From NCBI GenBank assembly GCA_024137785.1, contig JAHRHZ010000016.1, forward strand, positions 44,260,351 through 44,324,350: DNA of 64,000 nt, in the 5' to 3' direction. Source of the DNA: Ginglymostoma cirratum. Taxonomy: Eukaryota. Shown here one piece after another: positions 40,401 to 55,372 of this stretch. The translations under genes and the position numbers were made by a program. The notes beneath the pieces were generated by a model. That model was not told the DNA's origin. It did no database searches and worked only from the letters and a program-made list of their open reading frames with translations. Each line of letters begins with the position of its first letter. Within the stretch, counting starts at the first letter, position 1.

Positions 40401-41319
40401 CAGCCAGCAGATGAAAGTCCTCTCATTCTTCTACCTGAAGGGTGTTTAATAAAATGAATTTTTTTTTTCTGGCCAAGATTAGTTGGCATGGAAATTCAGA
40501 CATTACACTAATCTAGGTCAAGGTTTGGAAAGGCCTTTTGAGATTGAATGAAGTACTCATTGAACACAGTCTACTCTATATCCAAACATGATCGAGGAAA
40601 GCACGAAATCCACATTGGGCAAGGGCTGCAGGATCTTTCGTGTGTGGGTGAGGTCAAGCAAAATTGTGCATTTGTTCATAGATATTATTATTTCGTTGTG
40701 GCTAATGTGCAGAGGAAATCATCCCTCATGGTGTAAAGTGAAACTAATCTTCAGTTCCATTATCATTTAAAAAATCCTCAGTCAGACAAGGGCAAAACTT
40801 CACTAAAGATTAAAAAAAAACAACTATCATTTAACCATTCTTTATTACTTAATGTCACTACAATGTACTACCTCTGCTGCACTAAGCATTCCCCCAATGT
40901 GAACGAAAGTCCACACTTAAAATGAAACATATTCACTTCAATGATAAGTTAAAAATAGTGTGTGATGGCAACAATCGGGGAGCTAGTGAATCTGTGAGCA
41001 TAATGTTAAGTGAAAACAGCTAAAATGATTCTCGATTATGGCTATGGTTAAACTCAATTGGCAAAGTCTCATGAAGCTCTCCCCTGCTAATGGGCTGAAA
41101 CTTAGAAATGGTCTTTTTGTAAACATATCCCCCATCACAACCCACACATGTATCATTTGGAGGAATCGTAATCTTTAAAGTAAAAAAGTGCTCCAACTAA
41201 GAGAATAAACTGGAATGTATCCACACACTGAAAGAACAGTTCTCGCAAATAAGAACTAAATTTATGAAGAGGCTTTCTTCATGCCCCGATCATTGAAAAG
41301 CAAGCACTAAAAACTTTGG

Positions 41320-41614
41320 TCAGCACGGTGGCTCAGCAACTGTGTTGAGTTTGCACATTCGCCGTGGGTTTCCTCCAGGTGCTCTGGTTTCCTCCCACAG
41401 TCCAAAAGATGTACAAGTTAGGGTGGATTGGCCATGCTAAAATTTCCCATAGAGTCCAGGGATGTGCAGGCTAGGTGGATTATCCATGGGAAAATGCAGG
41501 CTTGCAGGGATCGGGTAGCGGTCGGCATCTAGGCGGGATGCTGTTTGTAGCGTTGGTGTGAACTCAATGGGCCAAATGACTTGCTTCCACACTGTAGGGC
41601 TTCTATGATTCTAT
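41320..41614 (+). mobile_element. HE1-like SINE with internal deletion in the tRNA region
   Basis: cagcacggtggctcag joined almost directly to gagtttgcacatt; tail cacactgtagggcttctatgattcta. Confidence 0.8.
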
Positions 41615-41639
41615 GGAACTCCACTTGACTACCAACACC

Positions 41640-42070
41640 ACCCCCCCCTCCACTGCATACACTCCTCCCTGTCACTCCAGCATGCCTGGACTTTCTCTCC
41701 TCCAATCCACTCCCCTCCTGTCATCCGTTCAACACTTACCATTCTTTTCCCCAACTCACCAGTTTCTCACCCTATCTGCTGATCCATTTCCTCCACTCCT
41801 TTCTTTTCCCCTCCTATTCCGGCTCAATCCTACCCATTCCCTTCTCCCACTTTCATCTCCTCTTCCATCTTATCTCACCCTTTGTTCACAGTCCCCACTC
41901 AAGCTCCCATCGCCTCCCTTTTGTCCTATCTATAGTGCTCTTCCCACATTCACCCGCTGCACTACATCCTTCGTTAAACTCTCATACTTCCTTCCATCCA
42001 TTCTTAGTCACCCCGGTCCTCTCTGCTTCCTTCTTCCATGGGACCCATTATTACTCCACTTTCTAAACCT
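41640..42070. repeat. Pyrimidine-rich low-complexity tract
   Basis: Strong C/T bias that produces the spurious 167-aa ORF. Confidence 0.7.
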
Positions 42071-42529
42071 GCTCATGTTAAAAAGTGCCCCTGGCCTTCA
42101 ATCCCAGGGAAACTGACGAATACATAACTTTTACACATAACAATGTAAAATATTAATATATGCAGATATCAGATTGTTTAACATTAGCTTGTACCTTCTT
42201 CTGCAGAGAAGCCATAGTATTCTGGAATAATTTGGCAACATACGACGTGTATAAAAATATTTGACTAACAGCTTCAAACTGCCCTTACATAACAACCATA
42301 TTTAGTAGACTAGCAACATGACAGGAAAATTGCACAACAATGGAAAGTGGTGTCACTTTAAATAAACAATTCAGCACATAATTACAAACATTCCAGGTCA
42401 GTGACTTCTCATCTTAAAACGGTTCCATAGTTATTTACAAGTCATGCAAATCAGAGTCCCAATGTATCATTCTAGAGGTTATGCTAAGGGCCTCTCCTGC
42501 ATTGCATACGATACTGCATACAGAGATTA

Positions 42530-42694
<165 letters not shown>

Positions 42695-43493
42695 CTAAAA
42701 TGAAAAAGTAAAAATGAAAGGCAGTGAAAAGCCACACTGAAAAAAGAAACAGTACTTAACAGTCATTAGCTACTGGGAAAGATGCTGATGCTTCACACAG
42801 TCAGTAAGCTCATTACTCACAAAGCCAGATGAATAAGGTGTCTTGTTGCTTTCCCATTCCCTAACCGTTTAATTGTATTTATTGATTAAAAACCTATTTA
42901 GCATGAATAGCCCATTAAGGTGATATATGTTCCATCCTGGAGACAGTACAGGAAAACACCAAATGAAGTAGAGATATGTGATAACTGGTAGCTCGACACA
43001 TTCAACAGCCTGCTCCTCCCCTCAACACCCCCGTGATGTCCCGACCCAATTCTGCAACTTGAGTGGCTACAAACAGAAGCCCCTTAAAAGGAATCTGCTT
43101 TCAGAATGATTTCCTGAAATTTGTGCTACTTGGAGTTTGAAACAGAAATCGAGACTTATTCGGCAGCAGTGGGTTACCAAGGTGACAATTTACATTTGCA
43201 ATAGAAGGTAAACCAATCACACCAGGAGATCTGAACATTTATAATTCTAGTGGGAGTTGCAACTTATGTAACGCAAGCATCACTGGATTTTTCAGAAAGA
43301 TATTAGTCATCGAGTGTGCTTGAGTCAGAAAGGGTAGCTTTGAAAATCAGGTCAGATTCTTCCCAAAAGGTTGGTTTGCTAGAAATTGTTCCACAGTTTG
43401 CAAGTCCTAACAGTAACAGAACCCCAAGATCCCAGCTACACTCAAGTAGTCCTGCATTAGTTGAGGGAATTAATTGTGGACTCAGAATAACAG

Positions 43494-43745
43494 TAGGACT
43501 GAGATGAAGAATTTCTTCACCCAAAAAGGATAGTGAAACAAACAAACAAACAAACTACCACAGAAGGCTTTGGAGGGTGAATCACTAAATATATTCAAGA
43601 AACAGATACATAAATGATTATATTTTAAAGGCATCAGGATTATGGAAGAAGGCAGACATTGAGAGAGATGACCAGCCATGATCATACTGAATGGCAGAGT
43701 AGGCTTGAAGGGCTGAATAGCCAGCTCCTGCTGTTAGTTTCTATG
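43494..43745 (+). mobile_element. CR1-type LINE 3' fragment, old
   Basis: aggactgagatgaagaatttcttcacccaa, with tail gaatggcagagtaggcttgaagggctgaatagcc. Confidence 0.65.
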
Positions 43746-46700
43746 GGTGTAGGTGACTCATTCTGAGTCATTATATAGCAACTATTACTGGGAGTGCAGA
43801 TATGGACATCGCAGGATAGGAGTGGAAATGTACTTTCAGATCCTTCAGTCAGAAAGCCTGTTCGTCCTAACACAAGTAAAAAGTAATTGCCTTCCCGAAT
43901 CAAATCATTCTTCAGTGGGAGAACTGATGGCTTCTGGAAAAAGATGGATAGGCAGGCACCGAGGAGAAACAATAAGATTTGCACTCCAACATAGCTCAAA
44001 GACAGTAGAATTGCTGCGTTAAAGCTCAGTTTATCTTTGTCGCCCCAGTCTCTGTGAGCTTTACATTAATAGTGGCCAAGAACAAAAAAGTGACCAGTCT
44101 TTACAAAGCTTGCTGTCAGATATTTTGACATATTGGTCGGGATTCTGATTTTCTGTCTCTCTATAGGCAGATACGTGGCCTCTGCTTGCCTTCTCTCCAG
44201 AATAGTGCAACTGAGATTGGAAACCTTGTATCCCACAACCATCTGCTCCAAGAATACACTGAAGCCGTACAAAAATTTCAGGAATGCAGCACTTAATCAC
44301 AATGCAAGAAAATCCACAAGAAAACACACAGTACTTGCCTCGGCTCATGGTTCCAAAGCTCCATGAGGCAATGCTAATTTAAAAGCAGTTGTTGCTTTCA
44401 AACTGCCAATTGGTCACAATCCCAAAGGGTACCTCACCTCCATCAAGGTGTGTCCCTGGGACCAGATGCCAATGTATAGAGTTTAAGAATAAACAAGATA
44501 CTTCAGAGCTTCTGTTGATGTAAAGCATTGTGGAATTTGTGCTGCATGACAGATTTCCCAGACTATCATTTTCACAATAAGGAGCAAGCATTTTGGTGGA
44601 CAATTGCAAATGATCATAGAATAGAAATGTTGGTTTTTGTAATGGATTAATTAAAGGAATTTCAGTGTATTGATTTTTTTGTGCAATATTTTCTTTTTAA
44701 CAATAGTGCCATTGTCAATAGACAGTTGTTATTTTCTCTCAGCATGTCTCCTACTGATTATCCTGTTAGATTCCAGTGGAGTTGGTACTGAGAGGTAAGG
44801 GCAATGAATGGCAAAGGATGGGGAAGGAGGCGTAAGTTGGTACAGAGGCTACAAAGGGCCATGGTTAAATGATTGGGGGGGACTGGGGAAGAAATGAGGG
44901 ATCATAGAGGTACTGGTACAGAAACACAGGTGCAGGGCATTGAGTGGCATGGATGGGTTCATGGGGAGTGACAGGAATGAAGAAGGAGAGCAGGATGAAT
45001 GGTTTATATTTTAATCTCTATTTACAAACTTTGTGCACAGTGCCAGAGTCAGCATGCAGGCCTATCTCCCAGACAGAGTCAGGAGGCAGTAGCCTCTTGC
45101 GCTCTACTCAGGTTACCCAGCCCAACTCTAAGTACACCGTATGCCCCATATACTGAAAATGGGAACTATTGTTCGCCATAGTTCAGACTACATGTGGAAC
45201 CCGGGGCCCCAAAAAGTCTTCTTTCCTACTGCAAAAAATCTTCATTATCCCAACAACTGCTGCTGAGAATATTCAGCCAAACAGACTCTGTCATTGTAAT
45301 CTGTGTAATTTGCGAGACAACTAACTGGCATTGAGTGAAAAATCTGGACTGTTACGGCTTTAAAAACAAACAAATGACAGCATCCGATACACAGAAGCAA
45401 GGCACATGTCAGGAAATTCTGTGGTCATTCAGAAGGCTGCATGTGGTCAGCTACACAGTATTCATCTTCCTTTAACAAGAAAAAGAAAATTGGTTACACC
45501 CAACAGCTCAGGACTGATGTCAGCACTTACTGAAATACTTAACACTTGAAAATTGCAGAGAATTTAGTGACAACTCTTTCACTTTAACACTCATACTTCT
45601 CCATACTCCAAATAATAAAAAAACTCTTCAAAAGAAATGGTTGATGAAAATCTCTAAAGCTGGGGCCATACACTCAATGAAAGTCACACTTAATTATTTG
45701 CACTATCACAGAAATAGAATTTCAAGGTAATGTTGGTGTTTTGGTTTAATTGTACTTTGATTGGCAGATTAGCAGTTCTAAAACGCTGCATCAGGTGTTG
45801 TTAATTGGAAATTGACCTAGGTTCAGCTTAAAAAAAAGTCTTTTACAAAAAAAATTGTTCAGCAAAACACTTATCCATTCCCATTGCTGATGTTGCTTTG
45901 AGGGCCCTTGGTCATCAGGAGAGTTTACAGCTATGTATCATTCCTTGAGTGAAGGGCATCCTTTCTATACTTCAGACATCCTTCAGCTCCTTGTAGGAAA
46001 ATTTAGCATCTGGGTTTTCATCCATGATACAGGCAGGATTTGAGAAATTTCATGGCTTTGCCCACTCCCTTCAGAAAAATTGCCCACAAAAAGGGGACTT
46101 TCGTTGCTTGGGCAGGTGTAGGCTGCAGTCAGGCCAGCTGACCCAGCTAGGAGATCAGAGGTAGTCGCAAAGGGATGCCAGGTATTGAGTTGGGGGGGGG
46201 GGGGCTGCTGTTTAAAATGCCACCTTGGTACTGTGCAATTTCATCGCAGTTATAGCAAAGAAATTAAAGGACCTTCAGCTCTCACCCATATGGGCCCTGT
46301 GCTGCTTAAATGGATTTCCCAACCCAAGAACGCACAATGAGGCTTGGTAGATCGCTTAGACATCCATTGGAGCCTAGCCACAGTTGAATCCACTGCACCC
46401 TTTAAAAAGGGCCCTCCATTAAAAAAAAAAAAAATCAGAAAGCTTGGAATCAGGACCCGCTGATCATTTTTAGATGGCTCCCAAGTCACCCCACCTCAGC
46501 AAAAACTGGGCCAAGGAGTGTTTTATTTAAAAAAAAGTCACATGTATTCCCTTAAAAGTACTCTGTATGCTTGCTCAGCTTCCCAAAACTCACTGTTAAA
46601 ATTATTTCAAAAACTAAAACCAAGTCTTAAAGGGAAAAGAAACAAAGAATGCAGGTTGTGTTCACTTATTCTGTCCATCAGCACTGCAAAAATCAGTGTT

Positions 46701-47624
46701 GATATGGGACTTTCATGGATAAGTTCTTTCACTCAGGTATTTCAGTTAGTGCAAGCAAATCAATGGATTCTCACCATTTACAATACACTTCCATGCTTCA
46801 TTCATTGCACAGGGTGGGTTTAATTAGGAAGCTTTCATGCAAAGTAGAATGATGTTGACAGTGTATATTGTACAAATAGTCTGTCATTACTATTATGTTC
46901 TTCCAAAATAAGTGGAGAAGATTTTTTTTTTGAAAATAATTAAAGTTACAAGTTTTAGTTTATGGTGCCAGGAAATAATCCCAAAGATTTACCAGCTTCT
47001 TTGAAAGCTTTGTGATCTGATTATTCATTACTTGTTCCATCACTTTGACATTGCTTTTTAAAGCTGTAGAAAAATCCATGCAGACTTAAAGAGGTAGTTA
47101 TTTGAGAGCAATTCCATTAAAAATTTAAAACAAAATGTGAATCCATCTGTGCTGTGCATACTGAGTAGGAGACTAAGGGCAAGAGAGAGACACATATCAA
47201 AATCATAAAGAATATCAAATCAATCTACAGTGAACACCTGGAATAAGAGATAGAATGAGAGAAAGAAGAAGACAAATGCAAAAAAGATGGCACGCACAAA
47301 TAATAGCAGAAGGTTTCTATTCTGATGCTAATAGTCCATCAAAAGTGGATAACTGGGTCATTAATTATATAAACGTGCCTTTTGCAACTTTAAAAAGGAA
47401 ATTACGCAAGAAAGAAAATCATCAATGCAAAATAGCTTTCAATTAATATTCTTCATTAGTTTAACAGAATATTCTCAACATCTAAGTTCTATTGATTTTG
47501 TACAGATGGAAACAAAATGTTTAAGTCCTGACATAACACATCAATTTAAATGACAAAGTTCAATTGTCTTCTCTAAAAGATGTCAATTCTTTTTGGATTG
47601 CACACTCATGGCTGCTCCTAGTAC

Positions 47625-48501
47625 TGTCACCCGACCTTTATGAAGGAGTCTATGGCAGTGATTGTATGATGCAAGGTGTGTGATTTATATGTATTTTAAT
47701 ATCAATTATTTTTACGTTTGGATTTTTGAATTTTGAACAAGTGGCACAAGTTTTCTGTGTGGTTGAAGGGTTTTAATGACTAACTTGTAAGTATTTCTGT
47801 AGCCATGGTGAGGTTTTTAAAAAAGAAGTCTCCGAGAGATAGTTTTGGAAGCTAATGGGAAATTTTCTCAAATGTAGACAAATTATGAGAGAAGGTAAAC
47901 AGTGCAGTGCATTAAGTTATTCAAATAGAGCATTCTGCAATTTTTTGGGGCCTCAGGGAAAACACCGGAGCTTGAAAAAAAAAGTTCTTTTAAGTTCACA
48001 GCTGTTAAAAATAGGTCATCATCTACGGTGTAAGGAGCTTAGTTTAAAAGTAGAGATCGGATGTGTTTGGTTAAACTTCTGACCAGGTTAACTGAAGATC
48101 GGAAAGATTATGATCATTTATAGGATGAAGAGTCTCAGATTCTCATGACTGGGAGTTGAAGCCACAGCTAATTCAAACCCAATGGGGCTAGAGAAGGGAA
48201 TTCTTTTTGAGTTTTGTGAAATACATGATGTTGGGATTAAAGAGATTCTCTTTTCACTGTTTCACAAACTTTAAAATGTGTTTTACGTAAATATAGTTCG
48301 GTTTATACTTTTATCCTAAATTTCTTTTGCAAAATATACCTCCGTTTTATTGTTCAAATGCAATTCTTCTGATTTGATTTTTTTTTCCAATGGAAGACCA
48401 CTTTGTTAAAGTAACAAAAAAAAAAAAATCCATAAATCCAGACTTTAAATTTGGGATCTGATTTGATCCTGCAGTAATAAACACCAGATGCGGTCATGAT
48501 A
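47625..48501. mobile_element. Possible solo LTR (about 875 bp)
   Basis: Begins TGTCACccgacc and ends ggtcatgata (imperfect terminal inverted repeat); no second copy in the window. Confidence 0.3.
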
Positions 48502-48569
48502 ATTAATGGCAAACTAGGCCACTAAACCAAGAAAATGTAGCTTAGGCAAGGCTTGCCCACAAAGGGTGG

Positions 48570-48901
48570 TTAGTGGCTCAGTGGTTAGCACTGCTGACTC
48601 ATAGCATCAGGGACCCAGGTTCGATTCCACCCTCAGGCAACTGTGCAAACTCCACACAGACATTCTCCCACAGGGTGCTCTGACTTCCTCTCAGAGTCCA
48701 AAAGGTGTGCAGGCTAGGTGGACTGGCCATGCTAAATTGCCTATGGTGCTCAGAGATGTGTAGATTAGGTATGTTAGCCATAGGAAATGCAGGGTTACAG
48801 AGAAAGGGTAGGGGGATGGATCCAGGTGGGATGCTCTTCAGAGCGTCGGTATACACTTATTGGGCCAAAGGGCCTGTTTCCACACTGTCAGGATTCTATG
48901 A
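48570..48901 (+). mobile_element. HE1-like V-SINE
   Basis: A box TGGCTCAGTGG, B box GGTTCGATTCC, tail gggcctgtttccacactgtcaggattctatga. Confidence 0.8.
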
Positions 48902-50138
48902 AATAATATTCACATCTGCGGCCCTTCCAGCAGGATGTAGCTGTGGATAGAAATTCCAGTCAGGGATCCAGAGCGATCGATTGCATCCACATTTGGCCAG
49001 GAACACTGAGCTATTGCACATATCAGTTCTTCTCAATCTGCATTAATTAGGGTCATGGACTGCTAACTGCCTGTAGTTTTTGAAATCGAGGAGTTCATGG
49101 GCTATGTATATATTAACTGATATAGCCTTTATTAACTCTTTAGAAAGGCATCACTGGCTGTTCTTCAGCCCCTGTTTCTGATCTCAGGACTCCCAGTGCA
49201 CAGATGGGCAGGCAGACCAAGAGGGCCTACTCACAGGTCTGTACCAGGGCCTGGTCAAGGAAAGGTTGCCAGCAACAGGTCCAGGAATTGGGCTGTGGAA
49301 GGTCACTGCACACAACGGCCCAACTCTCAAATGGTCTGTTCCTGGTGTCCTTGGGAAGGCAGCACATTCTGCCAGTGTGCTTCAGGCGTTGTAACCAGTG
49401 GGCACCACAGGGCTGGAGTGCATTATTACTCTCAACAGTGATACTGAATTGGTAAGTTAGTTTTTTTTAAAAACTGTTAACTTTTAATTACAGTGCCCTG
49501 AGAGTAACTTTACAATCCCAACTAATGTCCTAATAAGGACTAACCAGCCTGACTTATAAGTGAACCTCAAAATCTACTACGGAGCATTATAAAAAAACTG
49601 TACAATTCAGGAGCAGGCAGAGGTCACATGGGCTCTCAAATCTTCATCACTAGATAACAGGAGCACAATTGACCCACCTCAACCTATTCTTATCTTGCTC
49701 CCAATAACCTTTGATGCCCTTGGTGTCCAAAACAGAGTGGCCTCAATCTTAAATACACTCAACAATTGATCATCCACAGCCTTCCAAAGATTCACAACCC
49801 TAAGAGAAGACAAACATTCTCCTCAGCCCAGTGCTAGATTGCCAACTGCTTATCCAGGGTCCATGATCCCCTGTTCTAGGGAAGACAGCAGGACATCTAT
49901 GTAGTGCTTTCTAACAATAGCAATATATGTGTTCCCAAATGAACAAATACTGGAAGTTACAAAGTCAATTCAGAACTGAAGGGGACATGAAGGCAACAGA
50001 CCTAGCTGCCATTGAACTACTAAATGGTGTCAACATGCCCAGAATTACAAGCTTAAAAAAACCCAATTATTTTCAGTGTTTGAAATCATTACACATTAGC
50101 TTGAGGGCCCATCGACCATCAACTTTCCATAACAGTTA

Positions 50139-50414
<276 letters not shown>

Positions 50415-53400
50415 TCAGCCTCGTTGATAGATTATCCAAAACAAAATCCTCATATACAATAACAAAGGCATTTTTTCTTTGAAAAATGTTACCAAATTCC
50501 TGGTATATAGTAACATATTCATAGTAATGTTAGTCAGGAATGTTAAAAATAAACGAATGCATTGAACAATTCACTAGTTTCACAAAATGGATGATTTAAC
50601 TGTATTTTTGAGCTCAGTCTTACAGCTAAGTCTAATTTGTGTTGGGTTTACTGGAGGGCTGTCTGTCACATGGCCTCAAGTTCATTTAACTTATCTTACA
50701 AACTCACCTAAATCAATTATCTATGAAATTACACATCCAATTCTGGTGCACCTTACCACATGCTGTTCCTGGAACAATTCACCATTCAGCAAATATTCCC
50801 CACGCCACCTTTAAAATGCTTCAGTGCGTCTGGGTAAGCATTAGCATTCCCTGCTTAGTCATGGACAGAGTCGTAACATGTTGCTGAAAGGTAAGATGAC
50901 ACTGTAATCCTGCTACAGGGCCTGGAAGTACTGGTCAATGGCATCTCACCCCCATTCCCTCATGTGCACCAGCGCTAAACGGTTCTGTCACTCACTGACA
51001 AGCCACTCATTTCCCACCTTTTTTCTCATTACACGAGAAGACCGCTCAGTACAGGGTAAAGAGAGGTGGGGATATGTCTGATATCAGGCATTTTCCTCCC
51101 CAAGGGGGTAGTATTCTGGTCTCTTGCAGGAAAGTCTGTCCTATGGGGATGTGAACCATTCAAGATCTGCTAAAAGATTATGTACCAATCTGGATTGCCA
51201 CGTCACTCTTCCATTAGCTCTGCTCTCACTTGATCATTGGAAACTATTTGTAAACACTGGCTACAGCATTTTCTTGCTCCATCTTGTAAGCACCATAAGC
51301 TTCCCCACAAATGCAGAGAAATGGCAGGCTATGGAAGAACTGCTCTCCTTGAGCGGAGGATGAAAGGCTGAGGGGCAAGTATCTACAAAGCTGTCTCCTA
51401 CGCTCACCACCAGCTCAAAAAGTCAAACCTCATTGGGAATCAACTTCATTAGAGAGAGAATGTGGGCACACTGCCTGGTGAGCACCTCACTATGACAGCT
51501 GAGGTTGGCATGGATAAACAGCCAAGGTAGCTGGCATCAGAGGTCTACCAGAGTCCACTCACTTGCTCAGGCCTAGGCAGGAGGAGACCCAGTGGTGTTG
51601 GAAATCAAGGGCCTCACATAAAATGAGCAGAGAGGAGTAGCAGCAGCAGACAGGCATGTGGAATGCAATAGCCCTCCATGCCCAGAAGCTGTAGCGAGTT
51701 AAGTGACCGTCTGCTCCATCGAGGTAAGCAGGCATTAGTCCCAAATACCCAGACCCAGCTCCCTCAAAATCTGCTGGACAGCTACACCCACCTGAACTCC
51801 AGTGTCCCACCTACAGATGCCCAGGATTGAAGGCAGAGTGACAAGGGCATGGGGAAAATCTGGTGAGTACTCTAGTTGGCTCCTCTCCTAAGGAAGCACC
51901 ATGGTGTCCAGAGGCACCCAGCCAAGGTAAACTACACAGAAACCCTCTGTGTAGGTCATTTGGGACCCTGCAGAGCTGCCCAGAGTCTCCACCTCCATCC
52001 CATTTGCTCCTGCTCCAACCCTAGGAAATTCAAACCAAATTGGGACAACTTGACTTTCACAAGACAACCTTCTGCATGTTCGGCCTGTCTAGTCAAATGC
52101 CCCCCAGGTTCGTCCCACCAAAACTCCAGGGCCAACAGTCTTTGCAGCTGAGCGGCTCGGTGACTCACTGAGTATACAGAGACATTGCAGGATGAAGAGA
52201 AAGAACAAAAAACCTGGGCGCATTTTGTTGGTTCAAGTGAAAAGGGCTGTTTTAAAAATGAAACTTTGTACAGGAATGTTGATGATTTTAACAGTATCTA
52301 GCAGATCATGGCTGCACGCTGTCTCAGGGATGAAGATGTGTACTGAGGGGTACACTGCATTGGCTACAGTTTGTTGGGAGGGGAGTGCATAATGCATACG
52401 TGTGCAGTTGGGTTCTGCTGGTACCTTTGCCGCTCCTGGATGTTTGGCTCTCTCTGTGCACACACGTGCAGCTGCCAAACTGTTGTCCAGTGTTTGCTGT
52501 GCCAGGAGGGGTGCCACCTACAGAGAGGGTCAATGCTGTAGGATTGCCAGGCAGTGGGTAGCCCAGGTGCCTGTGTGCTAGGACTTCCAGAAGACAGTGA
52601 CCTCTGTTGTTCCCCCTTTAAGCAGTCCTATGCTCAAGCGAGTGCTGCAGCCTCCTCCTTCAAAAGGAATGACATTTACCCACCTACTCTGTATGCAGCC
52701 ATTTCTCACCCATTGTACACTTTTCAGCACTCCTTGTCCATTGGCTGCCAGCCAAAGGCTGACACACTGAGACCCCAGATCCCCACATCCTCAGACCCCA
52801 TCCCATCACCATCATAAGATTCACTGCCACACGTCTTGCAGGGTCCTCCCTCACAGGGGGAAGACACTTACCCTGCCCACCCCTGCACTCACAGCCATTT
52901 TCCTCCCCACTGCACACTTCCAAATTTCGCCATGATGGAAGGCGAAATGAGGTAATCATGCCAGGTGTAACCATTCATTGCCCCAACCACAGCTAGGTTG
53001 CTTCTGACCGTGGATCAGCCCACCCCCGCATTACCTCTATTCCAGACATCCTTTACAGTATCACTCCCTACTGCTGCCCACACCCTCCCCTCACCCCGTT
53101 CTTCATAATGACACTGTACCTTTGCCAGATCCTGCAGTGTCCGACACATCCCCCACCCCAGCAGATGTCTTGAAACAGATCTGGCTTCTATTGAACCCCC
53201 ATAATCCTTCCCTGTTAGTTTCTGGGGACAGACCTGACAGACAGCCCAATCGCCTTTACCCCCAACATGATTGGACAGCCCCAGTGAGAACAGCACAGTC
53301 CTGGCTGGTGTCTACAATTTTCCCCAACTGTATTAGCCCTTCCACCCCCAACTTGCCACAAGAGACTCAATGCACTGACCTGGACTAGAGGCAAGGGCAG

Positions 53401-54004
53401 TCACCGGACACCCACCTTAACCAGCATCTGGTGCCCTTGACTGGATGCTGCCTGACCAACTACACATTTCTGGCAATTGTTTTTAGGTTACCATCTGATT
53501 GGATAGTACCTATTCTAGGCAGACTATGCCCACAGATCTTTATTCACTCCCACCTTGAGCTTTTTGTTGCTTTATTCTGTCTCTTGCACTAAACATTTTC
53601 CAAAATTTTGCAGCCTTTCAAGGTGATTTTGTTTAGCAAAACGTGATTCTCGATTGACTTTTCACTATGGAAGTTTGTGGCAACATTAGCAAGTCTACTT
53701 AACTAAAACACCTTGCATTTTTGAATCAATATTGTTCTGAAATTAGAGTCCACTTGGATATTAACTGCTTAATACATCTTATGGGGGTGGTGGGGGGGTT
53801 GGGGGAACAAGATTTTACATTCCAATACTCAAAAAAACTTTGACTGGAGTAAAATGAAGTTCTCATTAAAAAATTACAGAAAGAAAATTTTAAATTCCAC
53901 AACCTTGGGTTAGGTACACTAATTGGACAGCTCAACTTTCTCTCTGGATGTCTCTCATTATAATATATTCCAATCTTATCTACATGCTCTTATTTCTCAT
54001 CATA

Positions 54005-54735
54005 ATCAGATTTTACAGCATGTAACAAGATCCTTTGGCCCATCATGCCCATTCTTGTCATCATGCACCCATCTACCCTAATTAGAATTTTCAACAATTG
54101 GACAGTAGACTTGATTGCTTTGGCATTGCAAGTACTCATCAAAACAATTAAATGTTTTGAGTTCCTACTTCCACTACACTTTCAGGCAGTGAGTTTCACA
54201 TGCCCCTACCCCTTTGGGTAAAGGGCATTTTCCTTAAATCCCCTGCAAGCCACTTGTACCTTACCATAAAACTATGCACTCTTACTGACCCCTCTACTAT
54301 GGGTGAATGTTTCTCCTTATCTACCCTATCTATGCTCCTCAGAACTTCATAGGCCTCAATCAGATCCCTCCATCCCCCATTTCAGCCTCCTAAGGAGGCC
54401 TGTCTAGTTGCTCTTCTAGCCAATTGCTCCAGCACAAGCGATAGCCTGGTGAATCTCCTCTGCATCCTCTCTAATGTAATCACAACCTTCCTGTATAGTG
54501 TGGAATCCAAAAGCGCACACAGTATTCCAGCTTGGCCTAACATTATACACAGCTCCATCATATCTTCCTTTATCTTATGTTCAAGGCCTTACCTAATAGA
54601 GGAAAGCATCCCATGTGCTTTCTTAACAACTTTATACACTTGTCCTGCTGCCTTCAAAGGATCTAGAGACATGCACACCAAGGTCACTCTGATTCTCTAC
54701 TTCCTTAGGGTCCTACTTTTCAATATGTACTTGCT
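54005..54735 (-). mobile_element. Decayed CR1-type LINE 3' fragment
   Basis: Antisense signatures ggtgaatctcctctgcatcctctc, acacagtattccagc and cctttggcccatcatgccc. Confidence 0.65.
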
Positions 54736-55081
54736 TGCTCAGAGTTTTTTTTGTTGCAAGGGTGAGAGTGACCTCAAAAACAAATATAGAGTGGGAGTCG
54801 GAGAACGTTCACATATCCTAATAGGAAACAAATTCACAAATCAAACTCCAGAGTGAGCACGTTAAATACAAAAACAGCAAGCTGTATTCTATATGCTACT
54901 GGATTAAATGTACCTACTTTTTGTTAAAAAAAAAATCTAGAAGTAGGTTTACTATCAGACTTGGAACTACAAATACAAACAACGAATGCAGAGTAAAAAC
55001 GTTGCCTTCAAAGAAGTAACATTATGGTTTGGCTTTCCGATCTAAAGAGACTTGCACTGAAGGAGTTAGGTGGGGATTCCA

Positions 55082-55372
55082 GGAGCAGCATGGTGGCTCA
55101 GTGGTTAGCATTGTAGCCTCACAGTGCCAGGGTCCCGGGTTCAATTCTAGCCCCAGGTGACTGTCTGTGCAGAGTTTGCACATTCTCCGTTGTCTGTGTG
55201 GGTTTCCTCCCACAGTCCAAAGATGTGCAGACTAGGTGGATTGGCCATGCTAAATTGCCCATAGTGTTCAGGGGTGTGTGGGTTATAGGGGGATGTGTCT
55301 GGGTGGGATGCTCCAAGGGTCGGTGTGGACTTGTTGGACCAAAGGGCCTGTTTCCACATTGTAGGGATTCTA
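55082..55372 (+). mobile_element. HE1-like V-SINE, near full length
   Basis: A box tggctcagtgg, B box ggttcaattct, central domain, tail ccacattgtagggattcta. Confidence 0.85.

Noticed and set aside
41613-42116. 167-aa ORF, the longest in the window
   Set aside because: Low-complexity pyrimidine tract giving an S/P/L-rich translation; no domain or splice support.
43168-43220. Candidate PAK3 exon b (ttcag|ATCTCC...TTG|GTAACC)
   Set aside because: 53 nt, not frame-preserving, weak polypyrimidine tract, no real peptide similarity.
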